A stretch of DNA of 64,000 nucleotides from Zygnema circumcarinatum SAG 698-1b. Lineage: Eukaryota; Plantae; Zygnematophyceae. The stretch lies in contig CM074823.1 in NCBI GenBank assembly GCA_037447605.1, positions 1,302,001 to 1,366,000 on the forward strand, given 5' to 3'. A program made the translations under genes and the position numbers. Shown in pieces: positions 1 to 11,616 of this stretch (position 1 is its first letter; each line of letters opens with the position of its first letter). The notes under the pieces were generated by a model. The model was not told where the DNA came from. It made no database searches and saw only the letters and a list, made by a program, of their open reading frames with translations.

Positions 1-1329
1 TCCCGCCCTACACTCTCCTCCCTCTCCCTCCCTCTCCCTGCCTCCCTCTCTCTCTCCCGCCCTACTACTTTCCTCCCTCTCCCTCCCTCTCCCTGCCTCC
101 CTCTCTCTCACCCGCCCTACCACTCTCCTCCCTCTCCCTCAGTCTCCCTGCCCCCCTCTCTCTCTCTCCCGCCCTACCACTCCTCCCTCTCCCTCCCTCT
201 CCCTGCGTCGCTCTCTCTCCCCCGCCCTACCACTCTCTCCCTCCCTCTCTCCCTCCCTCTCTCTCCCTCCCTCCCTCTCCTTCCCTCCCTCTCCCTCCTC
301 TCTCTCTCTCCCTCCCTCCCCCTCCCTCCCTCCCTTCCCTCCCTCCCTCCCCCACTCAAAACACCGTGTTCAACACGGAGAGGAAAGAGGGAGAATGGGC
401 GAGCGAGAGAGAGAGAGAGAGGGAGAGGGGGGTGTGTGCGCAAACGGGTACGGATACCATGTACGGATGTTCGCAAATCTCGATAAAGTCTTATCATGCC
501 TAAAAGGCCAAAAATACAAAGCAGTAAAACAACAGAAACAAAAAAAAAATCTGAGCTAAAGCTCAAAACCAAGACTGTTAAGGGGTACAAATGCTCTTCA
601 AATTTCTCTTTACAACCCACACCTTAAAGCGTTAGTTCCATGTTCCATGTTCCATGATCCACTGTTCAGTCGTTCACATGTGACCACTGTTTGCCTGAAA
701 CTGAATGAGAGAACAGAACGGACCAAAACGGAACTGAACAGAATCCGTCACATGGAACTCCGCCCCCAATTTTTTCATTCATCCGAGGATGGTCTCCGTC
801 CACTGCTTCGGAAAAAAATCGCCAAATACAAATTTGAGAACACTCAAATCCTTCCCTTTCACTCCATCTATTCCATACCCTCTCACTATGGGGGTACTCA
901 CTCCCACCCTCCCTACCTCCGCCATTCTCTTCCTCTTCCGCTTCAACAGCTCAGAGGACCTCTCCTCTCCCTCCCCCTCTCTCCTTCCCTCTCTAACCTC
1001 TTCCTCTCCCTTCTCTCCCCCACTCCCTTCCCTCTCTCTCCCCACCCTAACCTCTCTCTCTCTCTCTCCCTCACCTCCGTCTCCAGCTCTCTTCCCATCC
1101 ACCTTCTCCTCCTCCTCCTCCTTCCCTCCCCACCACCTATGATCCTCCCCTCCCAATCCTTCACTCGGAAACCCCAAATTGAACGAATTTAAGTACGATT
1201 TTAGCCCCTTCCTCTGATCGAGAGCTACTCGTTTCGAATTCGGGAGAGGGAGAGGATAGGGGTAAGGAGAGTCTGGAGGGTGATTTGGATACGGAGAGAA
1301 CATAGAGAAGGCTTGAGAGGGAAGCCCAC
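1..1329. repeat. Near-identical copy of 1983-3312 ending at a 10-N gap; includes a second copy of the RWP-RK last exon (779-1329); probable assembly overlap
   Basis: ORFs 647..1192/2630..3175 and 789..1142/2772..3125 are identical at offset 1983; I noticed only one 1-nt indel; the copy stops exactly at the N run 1330-1339. Confidence 0.85.
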
Positions 1330-2761
1330 NNNNNNNNNNCCCTCTCCCTCTTCTTCTCGCTAACCCTCTCCTCTCCCGCTCTCCCTCTCCCACTCTCTGC
1401 TTCCTCTCCCCTGCCCTCTTCCACTCCCTCCCTTTATACTTGATCTTCAGCCTCCGTAAAGATAGCGAAAGGGGCGCCACGTGGCGCAACAAGTCAGGAA
1501 ACTCGTCCTACGTGGCGCCGAGTGATTCGTTGACAACTCGAAGCGGGCAGGACACGTGGCGATCAACGAACGGTCGGATGCTGGTCCTTCGCAAGTGCGA
1601 GGAGCGACACCCATTCGTCAGGTCCAGATCCTAAAATCTTGATCTTCCGAGAAGCCGACAAGGAAGGCGACAGCGCGCAAGATTTGAAATTCTACAAAAG
1701 ACAAAATTTCTAGATTCTTCAAATCTTCAAAATCTCGAAATTTAGAATCTTTTAGATTTTATAAATCTGATCCGAGGATCTGGTCGTAAGTCAAAGGACA
1801 GCTTTGCAGATTTTTCTCATTCACCCAATCACATAAACGTACAGAAACTAATCATCACTGCCATACATCTTACGTACGGCAGTCCCTGGTTTCCCTCTCC
1901 CTCCCTCCCTCTGCCCTCCCCTCTCTCTCTCCCGCCCTACCACTCTCCTCCCTCTCCCTCCCTCTCCCTGCCTCCCTCTCTCTCCCGCCCTACACTCTCC
2001 TCCCTCTCCCTCCCTCTCCCTGCCTCCCTCTCTCTCTCCCGCCCTACTACTTTCCTCCCTCTCCCTCCCTCTCCCTGCCTCCCTCTCTCTCACCCGCCCT
2101 ACCACTCTCCTCCCTCTCCCTCAGTCTCCCTGCCCCCCTCTCTCTCTCTCCCGCCCTACCACTCCTCCCTCTCCCTCCCTCTCCCTGCGTCGCTCTCTCT
2201 CCCCCGCCCTACCACTCTCTCCCTCCCTCTCTCCCTCCCTCTCTCTCCCTCCCTCCCTCTCCTTCCCTCCCTCTCCCTCCTCTCTCTCTCTCCCTCCCTC
2301 CCCCTCCCTCCCTCCCTTTCCCTCCCTCCCTCCCCCACTCAAAACACCGTGTTCAACACGGAGAGGAAAGAGGGAGAATGGGCGAGCGAGAGAGAGAGAG
2401 AGAGGGAGAGGGGGGTGTGTGCGCAAACGGGTACGGATACCATGTACGGATGTTCGCAAATCTCGATAAAGTCTTATCATGCCTAAAAGGCCAAAAATAC
2501 AAAGCAGTAAAACAACAGAAACAAAAAAAAAATCTGAGCTAAAGCTCAAAACCAAGACTGTTAAGGGGTACAAATGCTCTTCAAATTTCTCTTTACAACC
2601 CACACCTTAAAGCGTTAGTTCCATGTTCCATGTTCCATGATCCACTGTTCAGTCGTTCACATGTGACCACTGTTTGCCTGAAACTGAATGAGAGAACAGA
2701 ACGGACCAAAACGGAACTGAACAGAATCCGTCACATGGAACTCCGCCCCCAATTTTTTCAT

Positions 2762-3917
2762 TCATCCGAGGATGGTCTCCGTCCACTGCTTCGGAAAAAA
2801 ATCGCCAAATACAAATTTGAGAACACTCAAATCCTTCCCTTTCACTCCATCTATTCCATACCCTCTCACTATGGGGGTACTCACTCCCACCCTCCCTACC
2901 TCCGCCATTCTCTTCCTCTTCCGCTTCAACAGCTCAGAGGACCTCTCCTCTCCCTCCCCCTCTCTCCTTCCCTCTCTAACCTCTTCCTCTCCCTTCTCTC
3001 CCCCACTCCCTTCCCTCTCTCTCCCCACCCTAACCTCTCTCTCTCTCTCTCCCTCACCTCCGTCTCCAGCTCTCTTCCCATCCACCTTCTCCTCCTCCTC
3101 CTCCTTCCCTCCCCACCACCTATGATCCTCCCCTCCCAATCCTTCACTCGGAAACCCCAAATTGAACGAATTTAAGTACGATTTTAGCCCCTTCCTCTGA
3201 TCGAGAGCTACTCGTTTCGAATTCGGGAGAGGGAGAGGATAGGGGTAAGGAGAGTCTGGAGGGTGATTTGGATACGGAGAGAACATAGAGAAGGCTTGAG
3301 AGGGAAGCCCACGTGCCCCAAAATAGGAAGGAGTTCCGCTGTTATATGCTTCCTGTTGACCTTTCAGTTTAAGCACAATTTTCCTTACAGGCAAAACAGG
3401 AGTGCTGACAGCCACCGTTTCAGTTCTGCGGAAAAACATGGAGAAGTGGAAGGGAGGGATAGGATGAGTTGGGGGTCCTGAAAGGGGAGATACAAATCAT
3501 GGGTTTTTCTTTCTGGTGGGAGAGAGAGGAGTTAAAGGAGTAGGTAGACAGGGAGAGAGGGGGAGAGATTTCGAGTTTTGCAACCATGGCTTGCCAAGAG
3601 TGCCACAAAGGGAAGAGGAGAAGGAGAAGGGAGAAGGGTACCCTTCTCCTTCCCTTATAAAGGGAAGGAGAAGAGTACAAGATTGAGAGAGTAGAAAGAA
3701 AGAGGAAGACAGAGTGGGGGCAGAGGGGGGGTAGAGAGAGAGAGGAGAGGTTTGGATGCCGAAGCACTCACTACCGCACTGAGTGCACTAGTGCTGCAAG
3801 CAGAGGGGGAGAACATGACACAGAGTGGGGGGAAGAGAGAGAGAGAGAGCGAGAGAGAGAGAGAGAGGGAGAGAGAGAGAGAGAGCGAGAGAGAGAGAGA
3901 GAGAGAGAGAGAGGGAA

Positions 3918-3950
<33 letters not shown>

Positions 3951-4581
3951 CGTACTCTATTCCGGCAGCAGATGCAGCAGCAGCAGCCACCATAGCGTGT
4001 CTCTCTCTCGCAACCTCCGCAGCCGCATCTCTCTTGATCTCCTCTATTGATTTTCCAGCCATGACCTAAACCAACACCATATACAGAAATAAACAAGAGA
4101 AGGGACCAACCAAGTTAAATAACAGGGTTGTGAAAAGACAGTTTAACTGAAAATGTGATCAGATTTCCATCACAAATGGGGACCCCCTACTTCACTTGAA
4201 CATTGGAGTCCGTTTCAACTTTAACTTCTATACCACTAAATAATCAATTAGGTTCAGCCTTGAATTGAATCATGACCGCTGACTGAATTTGACTCAAATT
4301 AGCTCATTTGTAGTTTTTGTGGTCTTCTTGGGAGTTCCATATGTTGTATTAAGAATGAAAATAAAAGGAAAGAAGAGAAATGCACCTTTCGGTAGGGCCA
4401 TCTTGGAATGCCGTTGTCTTTGCATACCCGCTTCAAAGTGGCGCTGCAAATTCCTGCACAACATGTCCGCCTTCTCTTCATTATTACAATCCATTGAAAA
4501 CAACAACAACCACAGCAACAACGAACAATTCTCGATATTGAAACATACGATCTCTTCCTTTGTCTCTCCCAACAGCAAAAG

Positions 4582-4641
<60 letters not shown>

Positions 4642-4782
4642 ATGAGATTTCAACTCTCATCCTAACCTTTTTGAACAGAAAAACCTACCGAGTTTCGCCG
4701 AAGCTTCCACGATAGGCAGCCTGAAAGTTTCCGCAATGATGTCAAAAGTGATCTCGTCGCGGGACCCCCACCGCTTCGCCAT
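2762..4782 (-). CDS. RWP-RK domain transcription factor (short RKD-like type), ~311 aa, 4 coding exons
   Basis: Exons 4782-4689, 4453-4386, 4065-3956, 3425-2762 have GT-AG borders and compatible phases (936 nt). Spliced protein: MAKRWGSRDEITFDIIAETFRLPIVEASAKLGICSATLKRVCKDNGIPRWPYRKVMAGKSIEEIKRDAAAE...FNLGFPSEGLGGEDHRWWG...RGYGIDGVKGKDLSVLKFVFGDFFPKQW; RWP-RK signature RWPYRK. Confidence 0.88.
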
Positions 4783-4799
4783 GTCTTCCGCGCCCTGCA

Positions 4800-5545
4800 A
4801 AACGTAGAGGAGCCAAGGAAAGGGAATGGAGAGGTGAACATGACTGAACGATGAGAGAACGAGGGAGAGAGAGCGAGAGAGAGAGAGAGAGAAAGAGACA
4901 GAGAGAGGCAGAGAGAGAAAGACAGAGAGGAGACAGAGAGAGACAGGCAGAGGGAGAGAGAGACAGAGAGAAAGACAGAGAAAGAGAGGGACAGAGAGGA
5001 GACAGAGAGAGACAGGCAGAGAGGGAGATAGAGACAGAGAGAGAGACAGAGAAAGAGAGGGACGGAGAGGAGACATAGAGAGACAGACAGAGAGAGGGAG
5101 AGACAGAGAGAGGAAGAAAGAGAGGGACAGAGAGGAGACAGAGAAAGACAGACAGAGAGGGAGAGAGACAGAGAGAGGAAGACAGAGAGGGACAGAGAGG
5201 AGACAGAGAAAGTCAGACAGAGAGGGAGAGAGACAGAGAGAGAGACAGAGCAAGAGAGGGACGAAGAGGAGACAGAGAGAGACAGACAGAGAGAGAGAGA
5301 CAGAGAGAGACACAGAGAAAGAGAGGGACAGAGAGGAGACAGACAGAGAGGGAGAGGGAGAGAGAGAGAGAGGGACGGAGAGGAGACAGAGAGAGACAGA
5401 CAGCGAGGGAGAGAGAGAGAAAGAAAGAGGGACAGAGGAGACAGAGAGAAACAGACAGAGACAGAGGGAGACAGAGAGAGAGAGAGAGACAAAGAGAGAG
5501 ACAGAGAGAGAGAGAGAGAAAGCCAGAGAGGGAGAGAGAGAGAGA
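4800..5545. repeat. GA/CT-rich compound microsatellite (GAGA/GACA), probably a 5' intron of the RWP-RK gene
   Basis: Low-complexity gagacagagagagg tract; on the minus strand it is followed by an acceptor (ttgcag) just before the ATG at 4782. Confidence 0.7.
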
Positions 5546-5639
5546 CTTTTCACAAAAGCAGCCATAAACCCCCCCCCTCCTTACTCTCATCCTCTCCATC
5601 TCCTCCGCCTCCCTCCCTCCCTTTTGAAGCTTAAACCCC

Positions 5640-6180
5640 AACGGCCCTGAACCCTTCGCTTGTACCAAAACCCTAAAGACTGGAAACCGCGAGAAACTGC
5701 GATCACCGATTTTTCGGTTTTTGGTTTTTGTTTTCTGAGGTTTCGGAAAGTTCAGGTTTAAGATCTCAAATTTTAGGGTTTAGGGTTTAGGGTCAATGTG
5801 TATTTCTGCTTCGTAAGAAATTTCAGGGTGCAGGAAAATTGAAAAAGAAAAATAGAGTTAGGGTTCAGAGTTCTGAGATTGCCAAAGTTTTTAGGGTTCG
5901 TTCAGACAACAACGGATTGCAGTTTTCAGGGTTCAAAAGTTCAAGTTTTCGTGGTTCAACTTCGGTTCAATAATAATTTTAGGGTTCAGATTCGGAGGTC
6001 CACATTTTAGGGTCCACTTGGTCTCTTCCGTGTTCGAAAAATTTGAGATTCACGTTTGAGGGTTCAGCGAAACGAAATCAGATTTGTAATTTAAAAAAAA
6101 ATCGATTCAGAAATTAAGGGTTCAGATTTTCCAGGGTTCAGCGCGCCAAATTTTTCCCTTTTTAACTAGGGTTCAGAAAA
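5640..6180. repeat. Degenerate telomere-like / telo-box motifs (TTTAGGG, AGGGTTCAG) upstream of the RWP-RK gene
   Basis: ttttagggtttagggtttaggg at ~5770-5792 and many scattered agggtt(c/t) motifs. Confidence 0.55.
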
Positions 6181-6245
6181 TACCCAAAGGCAGGAATTTG
6201 ATTCGCCAGGTCGTGAATTTTATGACTGACGTGACGTTCGTTCGA

Positions 6246-6320
6246 GTCGCCACGTGGAACTCAACCCACCACGTGGCGTACGTTTCAGTCGCCACGTGGA
6301 ACTCAACCAACACGTGGCAC
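6246..6320. promoter_or_regulatory. G-box/ABRE cluster in the divergent RWP-RK / GT14 intergenic region
   Basis: Four CACGTG(G) hexamers within a 2x ~43-bp direct repeat (gtcgccacgtggaactcaacc); the regulatory role is inferred. Confidence 0.4.
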
Positions 6321-7028
6321 ACTGGAAATCAGACGAATGTTTGAAGCATGATTTACATGAAACTGTCGTTTCTTAGTCCAACGCGCCGTCCAACGGAGCG
6401 TCGTTAATATCCGCCACATGGAACCCCAGCCCGGCCAACGGCGGAAAAGACGCTCAAAAAGTACGAACCCGAAAAATCCGGAGGATGGTACGAATACTGA
6501 AGGCAGCAGGTAAACGGTACGGAGAAGAAGGTTGGGGGCACCGTACGGTACCGCTTCTAAGCAATTTTCAGTATTACTGAAAACGATTTTCCGAAGTCTG
6601 CACATCTGAAGTTTGCCATGTCGCATGCCCCCACGTGGGCCCGTCCGTACATCGAGACCACTCCCCGACAGCAACTTCTCGCGCGTGCGGCCGTTCCGTC
6701 AGCGAGTGCGCTCCAATCAGCCGACAAACCGCGCCCTCCCAGAGGGCCCACTCTCCGCCCCTCTCCCTCCCTCCCTCCCTCCCTCCCTNNNNNNNNNNCC
6801 ACCCCCCTCACTCACACCCTCCCTCTTTTCCTCCCCCTCCCTCCCTCTCCATTCCCATCCCCCTCTCTCACACCCTCCCTCTCTTTCACCCTCTCCCTCC
6901 CTCTCTCCCTCCGCCCTCCCCTTCCTCCCTCTTTTCCTCTCCCTCATTCCCTCCTTCCACTCTCTCCCTCGCCCCCCCCCCCATAACTCCCACTCCCTTC
7001 CTCCCTCGCTTGCAATTGCGAATGCATT

Positions 7029-9140
7029 ATGTCCTTCACCTCGTTAGCTGTCGAGAAAGGTGCAATTGAATCCCCCGCCTTGGCGACGGAGAGAGGAGGA
7101 GACGGGAGCAAGAGGGGCTGCCTCTCTGCGCTGATATCGAGGAGATGGAACAATCGGTGGGTAGTGGCGCTAGCCGGCGCAATGGCTGTGACGCAATTGC
7201 TGATATTCATCGTGGAGTACTCCTTGGAAGAGGGGGAGTTGGGACCTGTGGCAGAGTTCTGGCAGCGGCTGGAGGGGGGAGGGCGCCCAATGGGACTGAT
7301 GGAGAAAGCCGATAGGCAGCTCCCCGTCTTCGCCTTCCTCATCACAGGTGGGAGGGCGTGGGTGGAGGAGAGAGGAAGGGAGGGAAGAGGAAGATGAGTG
7401 CGCAAGAATAGGTCGAATTATGGCGAAATTAAGGGTTAGGGGGTAATTGGGACGGAGGGNNNNNNNNNNGGAGAGGAGAGAGGGAGGGGAGGGGCGGGAG
7501 GGAGGGAGGGAGGGAGGGAGGGGAGGAGGGGAGGGAGACGTTTGTGAAGGAGACGATTCGAGCCCCCACAAACGGTCTCCCTCTCTCTCTCTCTCTCTCC
7601 CCTTGTGCGTGTTCCCTCAGGCAGCGAGGGCGAGGTGGCGGCCCTGCAGCGCGTGCTGTACGCCGTGTACCACCCCCGCAACGAGTACCTCCTCCACTTG
7701 GACCGCTCCGCCCCCGAAGAGGAGCACGCGGCGCTCGCGCACTTCCTGCGCGCCGAGCGCGCGTTCGCGGAGGCGGGGAACGTGCGCGTCGTGACGCGCC
7801 CCAACGCGGCGACGGACGCGGGCGCGTCCGCGACCGCCACGTGTCTGCACGGCCTCGCGCTGCTCCTGCGGCAGCGCGCGGACTGGGACTGGTTCGTCAC
7901 GCTCAGCGCCGCCGACTACCCGCTCGTCACGCCCGACGGTGCGCGCCGGCCCCATGCACCGCCATGCAGCATAGCACCGCCATGCATAATAGTACTGCCT
8001 CGGATGGCGTTAGGAACGGGTTCTTACTCTGCTTTCCCCACTCTCCCTCGTCCTCTCTCTCTCTCTCTGTCTCTCCCGGCCCCCCATTCTCGCTCTCCCT
8101 CCCTCGTCCACTCTGTCCCTCTCCCACTCTCCCTCTCCCTGTGTCTCCCGGCCCCCCCTTCTCGCTCTTCCCCCCTCTCGCTCGTTGTCCCTCTACCTCT
8201 CCCTCTCCCTCTCTCCCTCTCCCTGTGTCTCCCGGGGCCCCCCTTCTCGCTCTCCCCCCCTCTCGCACTCTGTCCCTCTCCCTCCCCCTCTCCCACTTCC
8301 TCTCTCCCTCTCCCCCCTCTCGCACTCTGTACCTCTCCCTCCCCCTCACCCTCTCCTCTCTCACGCTCTCTATCTCTCTCTCTCGTTCTTTCTCTCTCGC
8401 TATCATGCATGCCCACGCTTTCGCATTACCATATTTCTCTGTGTGCCAACTTGTGATGCAGACTTGTTGCACGTCTTTTCCTCTGTCCCACGGCACCTCA
8501 ACTTCGTGGAACACAACGTTTATCAAAAGCAAAATCTGTACGCCTCTCTCGCCTCTCTCTCCTTCCCAAAACCTCTCAGTCTCCGTCTTCCCCTCTCCCT
8601 CAGCTGCATCGTCAAGCACTCGGTTCACACAGTGGATGTGAGCTGCACATTTCCCTAGAGAGGTGGAAGTTTCCTAGTGACAAAGAACAAGAGCTTGGAA
8701 TTGAGTCGCATTAGAAGCTGCTGCTCTCATACAAGTTTGTGCGGAGCTCCACCTGCAGGCAAATCATGGCGAAGATTACCGCTTTCGATTCGGCAATTTC
8801 CAGCGGACGGAAGGGGCTTGAATATGGAAATTGCAGCCGACCCGTACCCACTAACTTCGATCTATATAGAGGTAACACTGCCTTACGACCTCCTATGACC
8901 TCCGTCATTGCGTCAGCCTGCGCTTCCAAGGCAACAAGCACTCACTTTTCAAGCTGCCTCCCTCCCTGACTTTCCATGTCCCCTTCTGTCCGTGCTCCCT
9001 CCCCGGAGGGGGGAGGGGGGAGGGGGGAGGGGGGGAGAGGGGGAGGGGGGGAGAGGGGGAGGGGGGAGGGGGCGTGGGGGGGAGGGTTGAGGGGGGGAGG
9101 GTTGAGGGTTGAGGGTTGGAGGGTTGAGGGTTGAGGGTTG

Positions 9141-9192
<52 letters not shown>

Positions 9193-9296
9193 GGTTGGAG
9201 GGTTGAGGGGGTTGGAGGGTTGAGGGTTGGAGGGTTGGAGGGTTGGAGGGTTGGAGGGTTGAGGGTTGAGGGTTGGAGGGTTGAGGGTTGAGGGGG

Positions 9297-9327
<31 letters not shown>

Positions 9328-10979
9328 GGTTGGTGGGAGGGGGGAGGGGGGTGGGGGGAGGGGAAGGGTTCAACAATCAAGGTTCCGTAGGACAACAAAA
9401 CAATCTACTTTCTTGCTAGACACCGCCGTGGCGAAACCTTGATTCTTTTGTTCGTGACACATGTCACGCAGGTTCGGCGTGGGTGATTCTGACCCGCGCG
9501 TTTTCGGAGTACATGATTTTCGGATACGACAACTTGCCGCGCACGCTGCTGCTGTACCACGCGAACTCGGCGAACGCGCCGGAGCACTACGTCCCGACGC
9601 TCGCCTGCAACGCGCGGGACTTCAACGCCTCCGTGGTCAACACCGACCTGCGCTACAACCACAACAACAACCGACTTAGGGCACACGCCAACGAGCAGCA
9701 GGCAAGGACCGGCGGCGGCTAGCAGTGGTAGCAGAGCCTTGCAGAGGGTTTCGTCTTATATGGGGGGTTGGGTGGGGTTGGGTTGGGTTGCATGCATCCC
9801 TTATGGGGAGTCTATTCCAGTGGCGGATTTTCACGGGTTGTTATTAGGTGGGGGTTTATAGCTTCCTATCATATATTGAAAAGCTGTTTCGGCTTTGAAG
9901 GCTGAATAGTGGAAATAGACTCGAATTTCAGATTGGTTTTCGAACAACTCACTGGTCAGCCAGCCCCCGCGAAATTAAGATTCTGGATCTGCTCCTTGAG
10001 ATTGATTTGAGGGTCGTCCATATACACGTCATTCATGTTTTTAAGGTTTTTAGGGTTTTAGGGTTTTTAGGGTTTTTACGTGCCGATGTTGATTTCGCTT
10101 TACGGTTGAGTATTTGCAGGGACCATCAACGCTCGATACTTTGAATTTCTCGCAACTTCTTGAAAGGGGAGACGCTTTTGTGAGGACGTCTGATGGAGGG
10201 TCGGCAATGTTGGACAAAATTGACAAGTGAGTCATCTAAAGCTCTTCGCCCAACTGTAGTCACTAATGAGTTTTAGGGTTTTTAGGATGAATGAATTGGT
10301 TAGTGATCGATTAACCGCTTGAAATGATCATCTTATAATCGACTAGGGGGGGGTCAGACTTAGCCCGGAGCGTACTAAATTCCCGAATTTAGTATACTAA
10401 AAGTTAAAGTTTTGTGTACGAATTCCGCTCCGCCGTTCGCAGCTAGGGGGGGTCAGACCTTGACCATCGCCAAATCAATTTCGTAAGCGTGTCGGGCGAA
10501 TTAAGCATTGGCTAGGTACGTATTTCGGTACGGTTGAGCTCAGCGGAGCCGCGGATCCCGACCCGGAATTCGTACACGAAAGAAGTGACTTTCAGTATAA
10601 GGAATTCGGGAGTTTCGTAAGCGATGGTCAATGTCTGAACCCCCCCTATTTAGAACCAAATTGATCGATTTTTCTCTATGGGGCCCCTATTTAGAACCAA
10701 ATTGATCGATTTTTCTCTATGCGGTCCTACAGGGAGGTTTTGCATCGTGGCGAGAGCCGGTTTGTGAGAGGTGGGTGGTGCACGGAGCCCGCCGCCGCGG
10801 GGGGCGATCCGTGCGAGAATGTCGGCGCGTTGTCGGTTCTGAACGTGACCGACAACGCGCGGCGGTTGGAGCGGCACATTGCCAACCGGCTGAGGCCGAG
10901 ATTCTTCCGCAACGCGCAGTGCAGACACTTGCTCAAACTCATGAGGGCGAAGAAAGCCAAAGCTTCGCCGTCACTGTAA
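7029..10979 (+). CDS. GT14 (Core-2/I-branching) glycosyltransferase, GlcAT14-like beta-glucuronosyltransferase, copy 1, ~469 aa, 7 exons
   Basis: Exons 7029-7347, 7621-7938, 8462-8537, 8759-8871, 9472-9701, 10120-10226, 10733-10979 splice in frame (1410 nt; intron 5 is GC-AG). N-terminal TM; motifs FAFLITG, VYHPRNEYLLHLD, WDWFVTLSAADYPL, GSAWVILTR, YDNLPRTLL, LDKID, GGWC..DPC. Confidence 0.9.
8998..9365 (+). repeat. (GAGGGTT)n heptamer array with GGAGGGTT variants in GT14 copy 1 intron 4
   Basis: Tandem gagggtt units from ~9085-9335, flanked by G-rich runs; absent from the equivalent intron of copy 2. Confidence 0.85.
10446..10646. mobile_element. ~200-bp MITE (GGGGG.TCAGAC TIR family) in GT14 copy 1 intron 6
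   Basis: TIR gggggggtcagaccttgaccatcgc / gcgatggtcaatgtctgaaccccccc, TA on both sides; an extra left arm at ~10345; absent from copy 2 intron 6. Confidence 0.7.
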
Positions 10980-11074
10980 AGTTGGATCCGTGTTAAACAC
11001 ACACATGGTTCTCATGTTGCATGTTTTGTATTGTTGTTGTTATGATTTGTTGTTATGATTATGATCAAACGCCA

Positions 11075-11537
11075 TTCAACTGGTTGAACATGAACGCTGA
11101 CGTGGTTTAACTTTGCTGACGTGGTTCAACTTTGCTGACATGGTCCACCTTTGCTGACGTGGTTCAACTTTGCTGACGCGGTTCAAATTTGCTGCCGTGG
11201 TTCAACTTTGCTGACGTAATCCCGCACTTGCGGACAGTTGAACCAGTGGGAAAAAGAAGGAAGTTGAATGGACCTCTCGAAAATAGGGTCTCGCTTTCGT
11301 ACCCGAATGGGAAAAATGGGGTAAAACTAACGAACTCCAAATTCGTGGCTCACAAGGTGCCACGTGGCGTCTACGTGGCACCAGTTCATTGGCGGTACGT
11401 TCTCAAAGCCAACGCCCTTCGTCATTCTTGCAGGCTCGGGTGGACGGTTACAATGCGACTGGTTGAATTGAACGACGAAACGTCGCTCCGGAGGTTCAAA
11501 AGTGTCAGTTTCCAGCTTTTCCATTCAACCAGTTGAA
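11075..11537. repeat. Segment bounded by a 14-bp inverted repeat and containing a 19-bp minisatellite (x~6)
   Basis: ttcaactggttgaa at 11075 and ttcaaccagttgaa at 11524; ctttgctgacgtggttcaa units start at 11111, 11130, 11149, 11168, 11187 and 11206. Confidence 0.6.
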
Positions 11538-11616
11538 AGAAGTTGAACCGTGGAAACGCACAGTCAAAGTCGCTTGCCAAGAGAGGAAAAAAAAAAAATT
11601 AGAAAAATAAAATAAA

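Noticed and set aside
2121-2603. ORF with a hydrophobic TM-like N-terminus
   Set aside because: It runs into microsatellite, lies in the likely RWP-RK 3' flank, and has no homology or splice support.
1-3312. Apparent tandem duplication of the RWP-RK 3' end
   Set aside because: The copies are almost identical and the first ends exactly at a 10-N gap; the same pattern recurs at other gaps, so overlapping contig ends are more likely than a real duplication.
8538-8758. In-frame stop suggesting GT14 copy 1 is a pseudogene
   Set aside because: The segment is a GT-AG intron; splicing restores the spacing I recall between LNFVEH and the conserved Asp in GlcAT14.
11096-11217. CRISPR-like regular repeats (also 15350-15540 and 46660-46819)
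   Set aside because: The repeats are directly tandem with no unique spacers, there are no cas genes, and the context is eukaryotic.
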